DNA from: Rhynchopus sp. YZ270_cl-10
Lineage: Eukaryota
Assembly: GCA_964035575.1 (NCBI GenBank)
Contig: OZ037842.1
Location: 682,001 to 746,000, forward strand
Reading direction: 5' to 3'
DNA: 64,000 nt
Part shown: positions 12,775 to 23,900 of the stretch, in pieces
Layout of the letters: each line of letters begins with the position of its first letter
Position numbering within the stretch: the stretch's first letter is position 1
Notes under the pieces: generated by a model
Databases searched by the model: none
What the model was told of the DNA's origin: nothing
Seen by the model: only the letters and a program-made list of their open reading frames with translations
Program-made: the position numbers and the translations under genes

Positions 12775-15700
12775 TCAGTCGGTGAATGCGAATCCAGGTC
12801 CACCAGGCGAAGCGTTGTCCTGTAGGGTGCGTCAGTAATGATTTGTTAGAAAGGTGCCAGTAGTCATATGCTTGTTTCAAGGAATAAGCCAGGCACGTCA
12901 CAGTAAATGGATTAACAGTGGATCTGCAGACGGCTCATTAAATCAGCTACAATCCACGCGGGAAAGGTGCCTTACGGCGTCCAGTAGGATAACAATGGTA
13001 ATGAAGAATGAAGAATCAAGGGGCAATGGAATTGCCACTTGAGCAAACCTCACCACTCTCTTCCCAATTCATGCAACCACTCTTGCGGGGAAGACATCCT
13101 TTGAGACAACCGTGTGTGGCAATAATTCTGCCTCAATATCGTGCGAAGCCGACACACTACTAGGTAGCAGGTATAGACGCAACACCCTTTAGTGTTCCCC
13201 CCCCCAGGTATTCTGAGGGCACAGCCTCGCAAAAGAGAAAAAACAAAAATACACATACAGCAGCAGGCACGGAGTCGGAGAAGTCCTCAGCCTTGTGAAG
13301 CACCAGCTTTCCGACAGTTACCTTCGACTGCAGGTATTGAGCGTTCTCGGTCAACAGGGGCATCTGTGGGTGTGATGTGTGAAAAACTCAATCTATTTTT
13401 GGTGGTTCATCCATTTTCAACAACGTATTGGTGAGAAGCAGTCGGAAACACCGCTTTCCATTAACACTAAAGACCAAGACCCGAGGCCAAGCCAATGTCC
13501 ATACCTCCTCAAACGGAAGCGTCATATCGAAGGCAGACGCGCCATCCTTCTCCGCCGCCTGCTTGATCTGTCCGGCGAACTTGCCAACGTTTCCTCCCTT
13601 CGACTTCAGCTCAGCAGCCTCGGGGAACTTTGCAAGCTCGTCCTTCTTTCCGAAGATAACCATTGCTGTCTTGGGGAAGGTGCCGTCGGGCAGGATCGAG
13701 CCCTTCAGGATCTCAATCACACGCTTCTTCCATGCGGGGTACCTGGTGGTGGTGGTGGTGGTGGTGGGGTAGTGGTGTGGGAGGTGCATACTCTGCAGCA
13801 ACGTAGATGTTGGCAACAGCAGTCTTCTTGGCCTTCTTGAACTTCTCAATCAGGTCAGACTTGACGGTGTCGTACACGAACTTGCCCTGGCGCACAATCT
13901 GTAGTGTGGGGTGTATGGAGTGTAGGTGTTCAAATGTGTGCAACATACCAGCTCGTCGTGTGTGGCGGTGGGGAAACGTGCGTCGAGCACGGAGCCTGTC
14001 TTGCCGAGCTTCTTCCACACCTCCTCACAGGTGTGGGGTGTGATGATCGCCATGATCACTGCGATGGTCTCGAGCCACCTGGTGAGGAGGGAACCGAGGG
14101 GATCGTCTTTGGTGGCAGCAAGCACGTCGAGGTAGCTGTCACGTACGCTGTGGAAGTCGTACCACGCGCAACGCAGGGCCTCCTTGAAGCGCATGCGGGA
14201 GTAGTGCACACGTGCCTCCTCCAGCAGACGCGAGATCTCGTTGTTGAACCACTTGTCCACAAAGAAGGTCATCTCACCGCTTCTTGTTTTCACCTGACCC
14301 GAGGTCAGGTCATCGGCGTACTCAATAAGGTTGCCCAATCTGCGCATCGACTTCTTGGTCGTGGGCATCTCGAAGTTGGCGTCCTCCATGGAGTCACCAG
14401 AGAACGCACACCCAATGCGCACACCATCGGCAGACAGCTCGTCCACAGCCTGCGACAGGGTCATGAAGTTACCCTTTGACTTCGACATCTTCTCCTTGTC
14501 AACCAAAACCCATCCGTTGGTGTAGAAGCTGCGTGGCCACATCTCGGGCTTGCCCTTCCATATCGCTGCGTGGTTGTACAGGGACATGGTCAAGTGGTTC
14601 TGGATCAGGTCCTTTCCGCTCACACGCAGGTCCATGGGGTACCAGAACTCGAACTCACCACGCATTTCCTTCATCACGGCGGTGTCGATCGCGCAGGTCT
14701 TGGGGTACTCACCGCCCATGAGGATGTAGTTGAAGATGTCGTCCGTCAGGTCCTCTGCCTTGATGCCGTACGGGCCTGGCTTGTCGCCCTTCAGGTTGTC
14801 GACACCGTGGAAGTACTTCGCCATCGAGTAGTACGCCATGTAGATCGTCGAGTCGGACAGCGACTCAATCACGAACTGCTTGTCCCACGGGATGAGCGTA
14901 CCCAGCCCGAAGGACCTGCTGCACGCCCACTCCTTCAACCACTCAAGCACGTCGGTGAACGCCTTCTTGCAGGCAGGGGTGTATGTGTCAAGGGTCTCGA
15001 CAACGTGTTTCTTCACGTCCGCCTTCCACTGGTCGTCACCGTACTTCAGGTACCACTGGTCGATCAGTGCCACGACACACTCGTCTCCGGAACGGGACTT
15101 AATGAGCTTCTCGGGCTCGTGGTACACGAAGGCGTTTCCTTCGTCGACAAGGTGCTGGCGTGCCTTGAACTTCGCGTCCTCCACCTTCATGCCCTTGAAC
15201 TTACCGACGCTCATGACACCAGTGTAGAAGCCCTTCGAGTAGCACTCGTCGTGGCACTCCTGCAGCCTGTCACGTCCGAGCTTCTCCACCATGTACACAG
15301 CAGACATGGAACGCACCTCACCGTCCATGGTGACGTCGATCAAGGGGACAGGGTTGTACGGCATGATCCACTCATCCTTGAGGCCAAAGTGTGCACGCTT
15401 CTCTGGGTTCTTCTGGAGGAAGGTCAGTGCGTGGTAGTCGTCGGGGGAGTCTGCAGGCACAGAGGTGACGATGCCGGTCATCTTGTCCATCTTGATGGTG
15501 GTCATGGGGAGCAGGTGGATGCGCTTGAACTGCTCGGGCATGAGGGGCGCCACGAGCGCGGCACCGATCAGGTCCTTTCCTGTGCAGGAGAGCACCTTCT
15601 CGGCGACACCCCACTTCGGGAAGATGTCCTGGAAGGACATGTTCCTTGCGGCACGGTCTGCGCACACAACGAACTCCTCTCCGCGGTTGAAGACTCCGTA

Positions 15701-17167
15701 CTTGCCCTCGGGGAGGATCCAGCAGTTGGTCTGTCCACACATGGTCTCGGGACGCAGGGTTCCGCAGAGCAGGTGGATCTTCTTGTCCGGGTGCGCCTTG
15801 GCGAGGGGCGCAAGCACCTCCGGGTAGGGCTCCATGACGGTGACCTTGATGGCGCTGTACTCCGCATGCCCGACACCCTCTCCCTCGCTCCTGTCGTGGT
15901 CCATGCATGCCTGCTTGTCCAGCTCACTGTATACGGTGGGGCGCTTGCCGAAGGCAAGGTAGTTTCCTTCCTTCAGGCGGTTGAACTGCCAGCTGATGAA
16001 CCTGTCGTAGAAGGGGTTCACCGAGGTGGTGATGAAGGAGCGTCTGTAGTCGACGTGGACACCCAGCTTCTTGAGGTCCTCCTGTCCTGTTGGGGGGAAG
16101 TAGTCGAGCCACTTCATGGGGTCCGTGAAGGGCACGATCTCGTCCTCCTTCATGCCCATGCCAATCATGATGTCCCACTGGTGCATGGCGTCGCCGCTCT
16201 TCTGTGCGATCTTGGCGGGGCCCTTCTTCTTCTTCTCTCCCTTCTTTTCGACGACAACCTTGAACTCGAGGATCTCGCTGGGCTTGGAGGCCTCAATGAC
16301 GGTTCCGTCCTCAAGGGTGACGATGGCACGGAAGATGTACTTCTGTTTTCTGGAGAAGCCCTCGACGGTGTCGGTCACGACCAGGTGCTTGTCAGCCTTG
16401 TCTTTCTGCTGCACGGACGTCAGGTCCGCACCGACAGAGAGGATCTGGGTCCACTCCTTCGTCTCTGCTTCCGGGTCAGCCTTCTCCAGCACGTACCCCT
16501 TCACGGCCTTGTGCCCTGTCGACGTTGGCGGTGCCCATGAGAACGACAGCGTCACCGCATCCCCCTCCCCACCAACCTCCTGGGCAGACGGGCGTCCACA
16601 TGGGAAGCTCGGGCACGGTGTGCCGTACACCTCGTACTCACGCTTCAGCTTGTTCGCGGCAGCCTGGATCGGCATACCCGTGCAATGGAAACCAAAGGGG
16701 AAAAGCGCCTTCTTGCCCTCAGACCTGTTGTATGCAACAGCGAACTCTGCCTTCAGAAGCGAGAAGGCGTGTCCAAGGTGGAGCCTTCCGTTCATGTACG
16801 GGTAGGGGAAGGTTGCCATGAACTTGCCGCCGTCGTGTGTCTCGCCTGCCTTGGGCGGGTCGACCTCGAAGAGCTTGGAGGTCTCCCATTCGCCCTGGGC
16901 CTTGTTCTGGAGCTGGTGCAGCCTTGTGAGGTTGCCTGCATCCGTGTCGACCTTGGCAACAGGTGCCGACGTGGACGCAGGGAACGCCTGCCGCTGTGCC
17001 GCCGTGAACGACGCCATGTGCTTCGCCCAACGTGCGAGGTGCATGTTCCCCTCTCCGCCGCTCAGCTTCGCAAAGGCTTCCGCGTCCTTTGCGTTCGGCA
17101 CGTCCCCTCCAAGGAAGTTCTTCCCGTTCAGTTGACGCGCCAAAGAGTCAGCAAATGATTCAGACAT
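12775..17167 (-). CDS. LARS1: Cytosolic leucyl-tRNA synthetase (5 exons, ~1237 aa) with N-terminal GST-C-like extension and FN3-like insertion
   Basis: Motifs FPYPYMNGRLHLGH (HIGH), TLRPET, GIVTSVPADSPDD, GKDLIQNHL and KMSKSKGN. GT-AG introns at 13899-13948, 13743-13791, 13364-13504 and 12820-13258 join the ORF fragments in frame. The last exon DNASPGGPGFAFTD* is preceded by a TACTGAC branch-like motif. Confidence 0.95.
12855..13002 (+). pseudogene. Fragment of the 18S (SSU) rRNA 5' end inside LeuRS intron 4, antisense to the host gene
   Basis: TGCCAGTAGTCATATGCTTGTTTCAAGGA-TAAGCCA...GGCTCATTAAATCAG...GGATAAC--TGGTAAT follows the conserved order of SSU rRNA 5' motifs. It is truncated on both sides, and the conserved GCCATGCATG reads GCCAGGCACG. 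Confidence 0.88.
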
Positions 17168-17354
17168 TTGTGGAAACCACAAGGTTTCCAGATGGTTCTG
17201 TTGAATGAGTAAGAAGAGACGGGGAGAGAGGAGTGAATAATAAAAAACCGAAGGAGCGCTTTTTGAGTCGGGTTAGTAGGTGCTTCACTTTTGCTGCTAG
17301 TGTTAACTATGCATGCGGGGTGCGGGGGGTTTTGTCAAAAAAAGTTGAAAAAAA

Positions 17355-17427
17355 GTTGAAAGCGCAAACGCCTCAAACCAAAGAATCAAAAGTAGTAAGA
17401 TGAACCTAAGCATGATTAAGTCAACTT
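17355..17427 (-). repeat. Interspersed module A followed by module C
   Basis: GTTGAAAGCGCAAACGCCTCA at 17355-17375 and GATGAACCTAAGC...AGTCAACTT at 17399-17427. Confidence 0.7.
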
Positions 17428-17459
17428 CAATAAACAAACAAGGGGTTAGACATCAAGAA

Positions 17460-20400
17460 TTACATCCCGACAACACTGGGTGCCAGGAGGTCGCTGCTGA
17501 GGTCGCTCCCACTCGCTTCTCTCTCCCCCCCTAACAGACCGAAGGCACGGGTGTATGCTAATTGCTTTTTTTGCTTGACGAAGGCAGCTCGCAGGGCGGA
17601 GCGCTTCTTCTTGGATTGCTTCTCTATGCCTGGGAGGAGGGTGTTGAAGGTGGCGACGTGCTCTTGGGGTTTGTTTGTTGCACGGCTTTTGAGCATTTCC
17701 ATGTACGCAGCTAATGTGTCGTCCTTCTTCTCTGGCACCGACGGCGCTGTCCACACTGGCGAATCGGTTCTTTCCTCTGGACGTATCAGCGCCTTCCTGA
17801 CGGTCACTGTCAATGGCGCAATCCTGCGTGGCGGATGCGTCATGATTGGTGTCGGTATCTCCTGCACCTCCTCCACCGACACAGCCGATGTCTCTGTCGA
17901 CTGTGCACGAGGAAGTAGCTCCGGCGAAGTCGGCAAAGGATGCGGCAACGGCGCAGGGGCGGCAACAGGGATGTCGGTGCTCTCCTTGAGACTCGATGGG
18001 GTGACCAGAACATACCCGACCCCGGCATGCATATTCGACACAATGGTGTCGCGCTTCAGCATCTGCTGGAAGCGCGTCACTGCATCGCGCAGCAAGGAAT
18101 ACTCTCGTGTGTCGCATAAGGTTTTGTACTTTGCATCAGACGACGAGAGGAACACCCGTGGCGGCACTGCCGACGCACAGCCTAATGAATACCCAAAGCG
18201 TTTGTTGTGGCAGAGGAACAGCGCCTCTGCGTTGAGCAGCAGTGCACACTGGTGCAGCCCCTTCACGACAAGGCACAGCTCCGGGTCCAGTGAGGGTCGA
18301 GGCGAGTCTGCGGAAAACTTTGCCCCGGCAGCCTTAGCCGCAATGTTTGCAGACTGCGACGTGTGGGAGGCTATGCCGAAGGGGACCGGCGTGCTCCCAC
18401 GTGTGCACACCTCGCTGAGTGCGCGCAGCTCGTGTTCAATAAACTCGACGTGTCGGTTGAGCGAGGCGACGACCTGCTCGCTGGTGGTGTGGCGGTTGCC
18501 GCCTGCTTTGTGCATGTCTTCACCTGACGTGTTCGGGAGTGTCGCGAAGTTCTCTCCGTTCATTGAAAACACGGCCAGGTTCTTCGCACGCTGCATCGGG
18601 CTTCTGGGCGTGAAGGGCGTAGGGGTCGCTGGTGAGCCTGGGAGTGGTGACCCGGGTGCCTCCACTGCCAGTACTGACAACGGGAGGGCAGGCTCTATCT
18701 CCGTCTTCTCCTCGTCGGGTGTGTCGGGGCAGTCGCTGAGGTTGCCGATGTCGTCGTTCGCGAAGAGCACATCTGAGGCCTTCTTCCTTGCCTCGCTGTT
18801 GCGAAGCGACTGAAGCCATTTGGGAATAAAGTTTGGCGCTGCGTTGGCCTGGCTGCTTTCCTCACCTACCTGCACGGAGTAACCACACGCAGCACACACG
18901 ATGCGCTCTCGCCACCAGGACTGCTGATACGGGATGCCGACCACACTCTCAGGCACCTCCTGCAGCGACAGCAGCTGCCCTTGCGCGTTGTGCTGCGAAT
19001 GCCGTACACTGTCCTCAGGTGCGTCAACTTCGTCCTTGCTCACACACGGAGAAGGTGCCACACTGGGCTGACTTGCGGTCGACATCCTCGACTTTGCAGA
19101 CCCTCCCCTCATCGACGGTGCACGCGGCAGTGGTGGGTGCCCAACCGACCCGCCCACAGCAGCAGCCTCAGCAGGCGCAGTGTACATTTGATCTCCTTGC
19201 ACCTGTCCCTGAACATCCTGTGTGACCACCCCAACCCCCGCAGCTGCGTGCTGTGCCACACCGCGGCCATGCATGACGACGACACCCCCTTCCTGCATGG
19301 GCATCGGCATTGTGAGGAGGGGAGGGGCGTGCTGCGCCATGTGCCCTGGTGTGCCGCCCTCTTCGCTTTGCAGTGGCATCGGTACTCCTTGCATGTGTGC
19401 CTGATATGAGGTAGCGTCCTGTGGGGCGGCTGTTCCTTGCAGAGGTGTGCCCTGAGCATGAGCATGCATCTGTGGAAGCATGCCTGCGTGCATAGCCTGC
19501 ACCTGATGCAGCTGCGCAACATCGCCCTCAGACATCTCGCCTTGTCCCTGTGCAGCCGCACCTTGGATGTATTGCATTGGCATGCCTTGCGAATAACATG
19601 GCTGCATCACGCCTGGGGACTGCGGAACGCCTCCCTGCTGCATCACTGCGCCCTGTGGGAAAACTCCCTGTTGCACCATCACACCCTGTTGTTGTTGTGG
19701 TAAGCCACCCTCCACTTGTTGCACCACGGCACCCTGCAGTATCATGCCTTGTGGTAACGTCCCCTCCTGCATCGTACCCTGTGGCAGGCCCTGCACCACT
19801 GCACACTGTGGATAAACACCTCCCTGCATCACGCCTTGTGGGGACTGTGGTACGCCCCCTTGCTGCACTGCACCTGGTGGGAAAACCCCCTGTACCATCG
19901 CACCCTGCATCTGCACCTGTTGTGGTAAACCACCCTGCATCACTGCACCTTGTGGCAACTCTCCCTGCTGCATCGTGCCCTGTGACAGACCTTGTACAGC
20001 ACCTTGTACACCCTGCTGCACCAATGCACCTTGCGGAAAAGCACCTTGCTGCACAACAGCACCTTGTAAGCTTCCCTGCATCACTGTGCCCTGTGGTGAG
20101 ACCCCTTGTTGCACCAGCACACCTTGTGGCGAACCTCCTTGCATCAGGGCACCTTGAGACACAACCTCACCTTGTGCATTTACTCCTCCCCCTTGGTGTC
20201 CTCCTTGCAGAAGTGCTTGGGGCATGGGTGAGCTCCCTTGCACCCCTTGCACGCACATCGTCCCTTCTTGCTGCACCACTTGCATCTGCTGCACCGACAC
20301 ACCTGCACCTCCCATCGCACCCCTGGGCGTCACTGCCTGCATGCCTTGAGCCGGTGTGTGCAGCCCCATTTGCCCACCACCTTGCATCGGCGGCACAGAT

Positions 20401-23198
20401 CCAACACCGTGCAGCCCTACCATTTGAGTGCTGTGCTGCACCTGCACTGGCACTGCAGGGGGAACCTGGTTTGCACCAGTATGGTGCGCCAGGGCTCCGT
20501 TCACACGCACCTCTCCTTCGCCCCCCGGCCTTGCCCCGTACACCACAACCTGTCCCTGTGGTGCTTGTCCCTGCGGACCTGGCGAGCATTCCCCCAAGAT
20601 GTCATCTCGCGACCCATCAAACTCAGTGTTGACAGCATTCAGCACATTCGCTGCAGCTTGAGACGAAAGCGGCGAACACGGCAGGCTCGCTACGTCTGTG
20701 GGAACCCCTTGACTTGGCACTGTGGTCTGACCGTCACCCAGCCTCTGTGGGGTAGAGCTCGACGTGAGTGACATATCATCTGAAGGTACATTCGCAGCTG
20801 CAGCAGACATAGCGGGTAGTGTGGGAACGGCCGTGGTGGGAAGTGGCTTCATTGGCTCGGTGCGGGAGGGTACGGTCCCCACAGACGACGGTGCTGTGGA
20901 CGAGCTTGCACTGCTCTCGGGGATGGTTGACTCCCTCTTTTTCCGCTCCTTTTCCTTTTCCTTTGCATCAGTCCCTCTAGTGTTGAATGAAGACCTCCGC
21001 TTTGCGTTTGTAGCAAGAAGATTTCCCGATGAACCACGCCTTCCATATGTTGACGAAGGCTCCTTCTTTAATGTCTTTCCTGTTTTCTCCTTTCCCTTGC
21101 TTCCGGTCGAGGCGTTTGACAACTTCTTCACGAAGGGTGCTTGCTCGGAGCAAAGCGATTCGCTGTCACTTGCGACTTTGGCTTCTTCGTCTGCTGGCGG
21201 TGCCCCGAAGAGATCCTGCGAGTCGAGCTTTGCGAAGGACTCGAAGTCGGTCGCATCTGCCTCCTTTTCTTTGCCCATTTCCCGCAGACGTGCGCAGTAC
21301 GACTCCCTCAGATGGCTGATCTGTGTCAAAGCGGAGGCAGCGTCCAACGCCTTCTTCCGGTACAGCTCCACACTGTCCGCATCCCCATCGGCTATGCGGA
21401 GCAACAGGGTGTAGTCCACCTCCCCGACGCCTTCCTTTATATTTTCAAAGCGAGCTTCAAACGCTGTTGACACTGCTTTGTTTGTGTTGGTGAGACGCTT
21501 CCGTACACCGAAGACAGCTTTCATGGCGTGTCGGTCTTTGGAGAGCTTTGCGCGGAGGTTGCGGTCGATTGTGTCTAGGGCTGTGCAGACTTGGTCGATG
21601 TTTTGCTCCTCGGTGTCGGTGGTGGGCTCTGTGGGTTTGCCCATGGGGAGCAGTCCTTTGGTTTTGGGCATCTCGCCTGCGGTGTCGCTGTCCTCATTGC
21701 AGGCGCTGACGAAGGCGTCTTCCACCTCGAATGCTTTGAGCATGGCGTCGTACTTCTCGCACATCAGCAGCACCTTGCGGGACAGCAGCTTTCTGTCGCG
21801 TTTGCATTCCCGCAAAGAGGCAGCGTTGTTCGTGCTTGAGGCAGGGCTTGCGTCGCCCTTCTTCTTGCATTGTTGGCGTAGTTCATCCAGCTCAATGACC
21901 AGACCCACCTTCTCCTGTTCAAGCTTATCCCGCTCAGACGTAACAATCATACACTCTGACCGCCAATCCTCCAACTCCGCAGCTTTCTCTGCACACTCCT
22001 CTTTGAGGCTTTCGTACTCAGCAACAAGCGATGGGTCGGTAGTGTACACAACTGACGTATGTTTTGCTGGAGGAGGTGCAACTGGGGGTACGTCAGGCTC
22101 CGGCGGTGCGCGTGGTCGTGCTATGCGTGAGGCCTGGTCTATCTGATCCATCAGTTTTTTTATCTCCTCCTTCTTCTCGTGCAAGGACCGCTCTAACTGC
22201 CGGATCTGCACTGAAGCTTTTGAACGTTCTCCTGCGAGGTCTTCTCTTGCTTTAGTGGTCATTGCCTCGATCTCTGTATTGAGTGTCACGATTTCTGCAT
22301 CAAGGAAGTCACATCTGCGCAAGGATTCGGTGTACTTCTCTTTAAGCTCTGCAGTGTCTGCTTCAAGCGCCGCATGCTTTTCTTCGAGGGCACTCATATT
22401 AGCGCTCGCCTTCTTGATCACTAATTGACTGGTTAATTTTTCGGTTTTCATATTAATAAATTCTTCTGAAAAGCGGGCGGCAAGGTCTTTCATGTTTTCT
22501 TCAAGGACTTCGCATTTTCGTTTCGATTGGTCGAGCTGCTCGGTCACCTCTACATACTTCTTTTCCACGTCAAGTCGCTGCGACTCTTCATGCTTCCATT
22601 TGTGGAGAAGATCTTCTAGATGCCGTTTGAAGTCGGTTGTGGCGTTTGCTTGCGCAGGCTCGTCTTCTTCGTTGTCGTCGTCATCGTAGAGTGTGGAGAG
22701 GTCGAACAGAGAGAAGAGACCTACGTCTGCGTTTTCTTTGCATCCTGTTCGCGCTTTGAGGTCTTCACGCAAGAGACAGACTTCGCTGTACAGAGTGCTC
22801 CGGATGTGTTCGATGAGCTTAACGCGACGGTCGAGACGACCGCGAATCGCTTTGTTTGCAGTCTCCTTACGATCGAGGGCAAGCTGCAGATTGACAACCC
22901 GCTGCCGCATGACAGAGACCTGCTGCTGCAGACGGTGCACATCGCTGGTGGGGGCAAGGAGCTCAAAGACCTCGTCCCCTTCGTCCGACGGAATGAAGGC
23001 CATCAAATCGCGCAGCTCCTCGTCCACACCATACGCGGTTTCTTGAATCAGCTGCAGCATGTCCCCATTGTTTGTATCAGCCTGCACCAAGGCAAGCTTC
23101 GCACGCTGTTCAAGCACCTCAATACGAAGCTTGACGCGCTCTCCTTTTTCAAGCACAACATCGCGCAACGTGGCGTACTTCGTCTGTGGGTCGCCCAT
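17460..23198 (-). CDS. Large hypothetical protein (~1912 aa): N-terminal coiled coil, central Q/G-rich repeats
   Basis: Long uninterrupted ORF with heptad-like E/K/L-rich N-terminal third. Likely start is MGDPQTKY at 23198, just after a CAG acceptor. Confidence 0.8.
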   Translation of the reverse strand: MGDPQTKYATLRDVVLEKGERVKLRIEVLEQRAKLALVQADTNNGDMLQLIQETAYGVDEELRDLMAFIPSDEGDEVFELLAPTSDVHRLQQQVSVMRQRVVNLQLALDRKETANKAIRGRLDRRVKLIEHIRSTLYSEVCLLREDLKARTGCKENADVGLFSLFDLSTLYDDDDNEEDEPAQANATTDFKRHLEDLLHKWKHEESQRLDVEKKYVEVTEQLDQSKRKCEVLEENMKDLAARFSEEFINMKTEKLTSQLVIKKASANMSALEEKHAALEADTAELKEKYTESLRRCDFLDAEIVTLNTEIEAMTTKAREDLAGERSKASVQIRQLERSLHEKKEEIKKLMDQIDQASRIARPRAPPEPDVPPVAPPPAKHTSVVYTTDPSLVAEYESLKEECAEKAAELEDWRSECMIVTSERDKLEQEKVGLVIELDELRQQCKKKGDASPASSTNNAASLRECKRDRKLLSRKVLLMCEKYDAMLKAFEVEDAFVSACNEDSDTAGEMPKTKGLLPMGKPTEPTTDTEEQNIDQVCTALDTIDRNLRAKLSKDRHAMKAVFGVRKRLTNTNKAVSTAFEARFENIKEGVGEVDYTLLLRIADGDADSVELYRKKALDAASALTQISHLRESYCARLREMGKEKEADATDFESFAKLDSQDLFGAPPADEEAKVASDSESLCSEQAPFVKKLSNASTGSKGKEKTGKTLKKEPSSTYGRRGSSGNLLATNAKRRSSFNTRGTDAKEKEKERKKRESTIPESSASSSTAPSSVGTVPSRTEPMKPLPTTAVPTLPAMSAAAANVPSDDMSLTSSSTPQRLGDGQTTVPSQGVPTDVASLPCSPLSSQAAANVLNAVNTEFDGSRDDILGECSPGPQGQAPQGQVVVYGARPGGEGEVRVNGALAHHTGANQVPPAVPVQVQHSTQMVGLHGVGSVPPMQGGGQMGLHTPAQGMQAVTPRGAMGGAGVSVQQMQVVQQEGTMCVQGVQGSSPMPQALLQGGHQGGGVNAQGEVVSQGALMQGGSPQGVLVQQGVSPQGTVMQGSLQGAVVQQGAFPQGALVQQGVQGAVQGLSQGTMQQGELPQGAVMQGGLPQQVQMQGAMVQGVFPPGAVQQGGVPQSPQGVMQGGVYPQCAVVQGLPQGTMQEGTLPQGMILQGAVVQQVEGGLPQQQQGVMVQQGVFPQGAVMQQGGVPQSPGVMQPCYSQGMPMQYIQGAAAQGQGEMSEGDVAQLHQVQAMHAGMLPQMHAHAQGTPLQGTAAPQDATSYQAHMQGVPMPLQSEEGGTPGHMAQHAPPLLTMPMPMQEGGVVVMHGRGVAQHAAAGVGVVTQDVQGQVQGDQMYTAPAEAAAVGGSVGHPPLPRAPSMRGGSAKSRMSTASQPSVAPSPCVSKDEVDAPEDSVRHSQHNAQGQLLSLQEVPESVVGIPYQQSWWRERIVCAACGYSVQVGEESSQANAAPNFIPKWLQSLRNSEARKKASDVLFANDDIGNLSDCPDTPDEEKTEIEPALPLSVLAVEAPGSPLPGSPATPTPFTPRSPMQRAKNLAVFSMNGENFATLPNTSGEDMHKAGGNRHTTSEQVVASLNRHVEFIEHELRALSEVCTRGSTPVPFGIASHTSQSANIAAKAAGAKFSADSPRPSLDPELCLVVKGLHQCALLLNAEALFLCHNKRFGYSLGCASAVPPRVFLSSSDAKYKTLCDTREYSLLRDAVTRFQQMLKRDTIVSNMHAGVGYVLVTPSSLKESTDIPVAAPAPLPHPLPTSPELLPRAQSTETSAVSVEEVQEIPTPIMTHPPRRIAPLTVTVRKALIRPEERTDSPVWTAPSVPEKKDDTLAAYMEMLKSRATNKPQEHVATFNTLLPGIEKQSKKKRSALRAAFVKQKKQLAYTRAFGLLGGEREASGSDLSSDLLAPSVVGM
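19560..20260 (-). repeat. Coding degenerate tandem repeat encoding about 11-12-aa units (QG[AT][VM][VM]QQGxxP)
   Basis: QGAVVQQGAFPQGALVQQGVQ..., QGTMQQGELPQGAVMQGGLPQ... recur more than 15 times. Confidence 0.75.
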
Positions 23199-23277
23199 AT
23201 TGGGGAGATGGGCAGGATGGTGCCCCTGAGGTGTGGTGTCGGATAGAGAGAAAGAAATAAATAAAGACATAAATAAA

Positions 23278-23355
23278 GTTGACTTGAAATACAAAGCCCT
23301 CTCGTGAACAGTGTACCTTGGTATATTGACCGGATATACTTGCGCTTAGTCGCCT
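23278..23355 (-). repeat. Interspersed module B followed by the right arm of module C
   Basis: GTTGACTTGAAATACAAAGCCCTCTCGTGAACAGTGTACCTTGGT at 23278-23322 and GCTTAGTCGCCT at 23344-23355. Confidence 0.75.
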
Positions 23356-23900
23356 TTGAAAATTCCCGTGAAAGAAATGGTTGTGAGACTGTGTAGTTTG
23401 ACCAGCCTAAAAACTAATCACCGTGCCAGTATCAGCCCACAGGGTTGGGGATAACGTCATTTTCACCCAGTCTGAGTTAAAGAAAAGAGATATAACATCA
23501 ATACTATGGCAGGGAGGGGGGAAGAGTACATCGTTTTGTCAATGATATTGAAGACAGCTGATGGCAATCAATTTATGAATGTCTAAAAGGGCTGTCTTGG
23601 AAAAGTCAGACCTGTAATTTTTCTTCTTCTTCTCGGGATAAATTCGGAGGAAGAAAAGGAAATTTGTACAAAACGGAGCACCGCACTTTGGAACAGATGG
23701 CACAATATGGAATTGTTTTTTCACAGAATAAAAGGGTGAAGCTGGGGAGGAGGGAAAAAAAACGCAAACGACCTTTTGCGACAATACATAACCAAGCTCA
23801 TGCAGAGGGTAAATCTCGGAAGAGATCCATCAACGAAAAATAAACACACACACACACCCAGCAGCAACTCAACAAGCTGCAAGACACCCCGTTTGGTGTA

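Noticed and set aside
23278..23322. Module B as a spliced-leader RNA gene (contains AAG|GTAC)
   Set aside because: No resemblance to the euglenozoan SL exon and no tandem array
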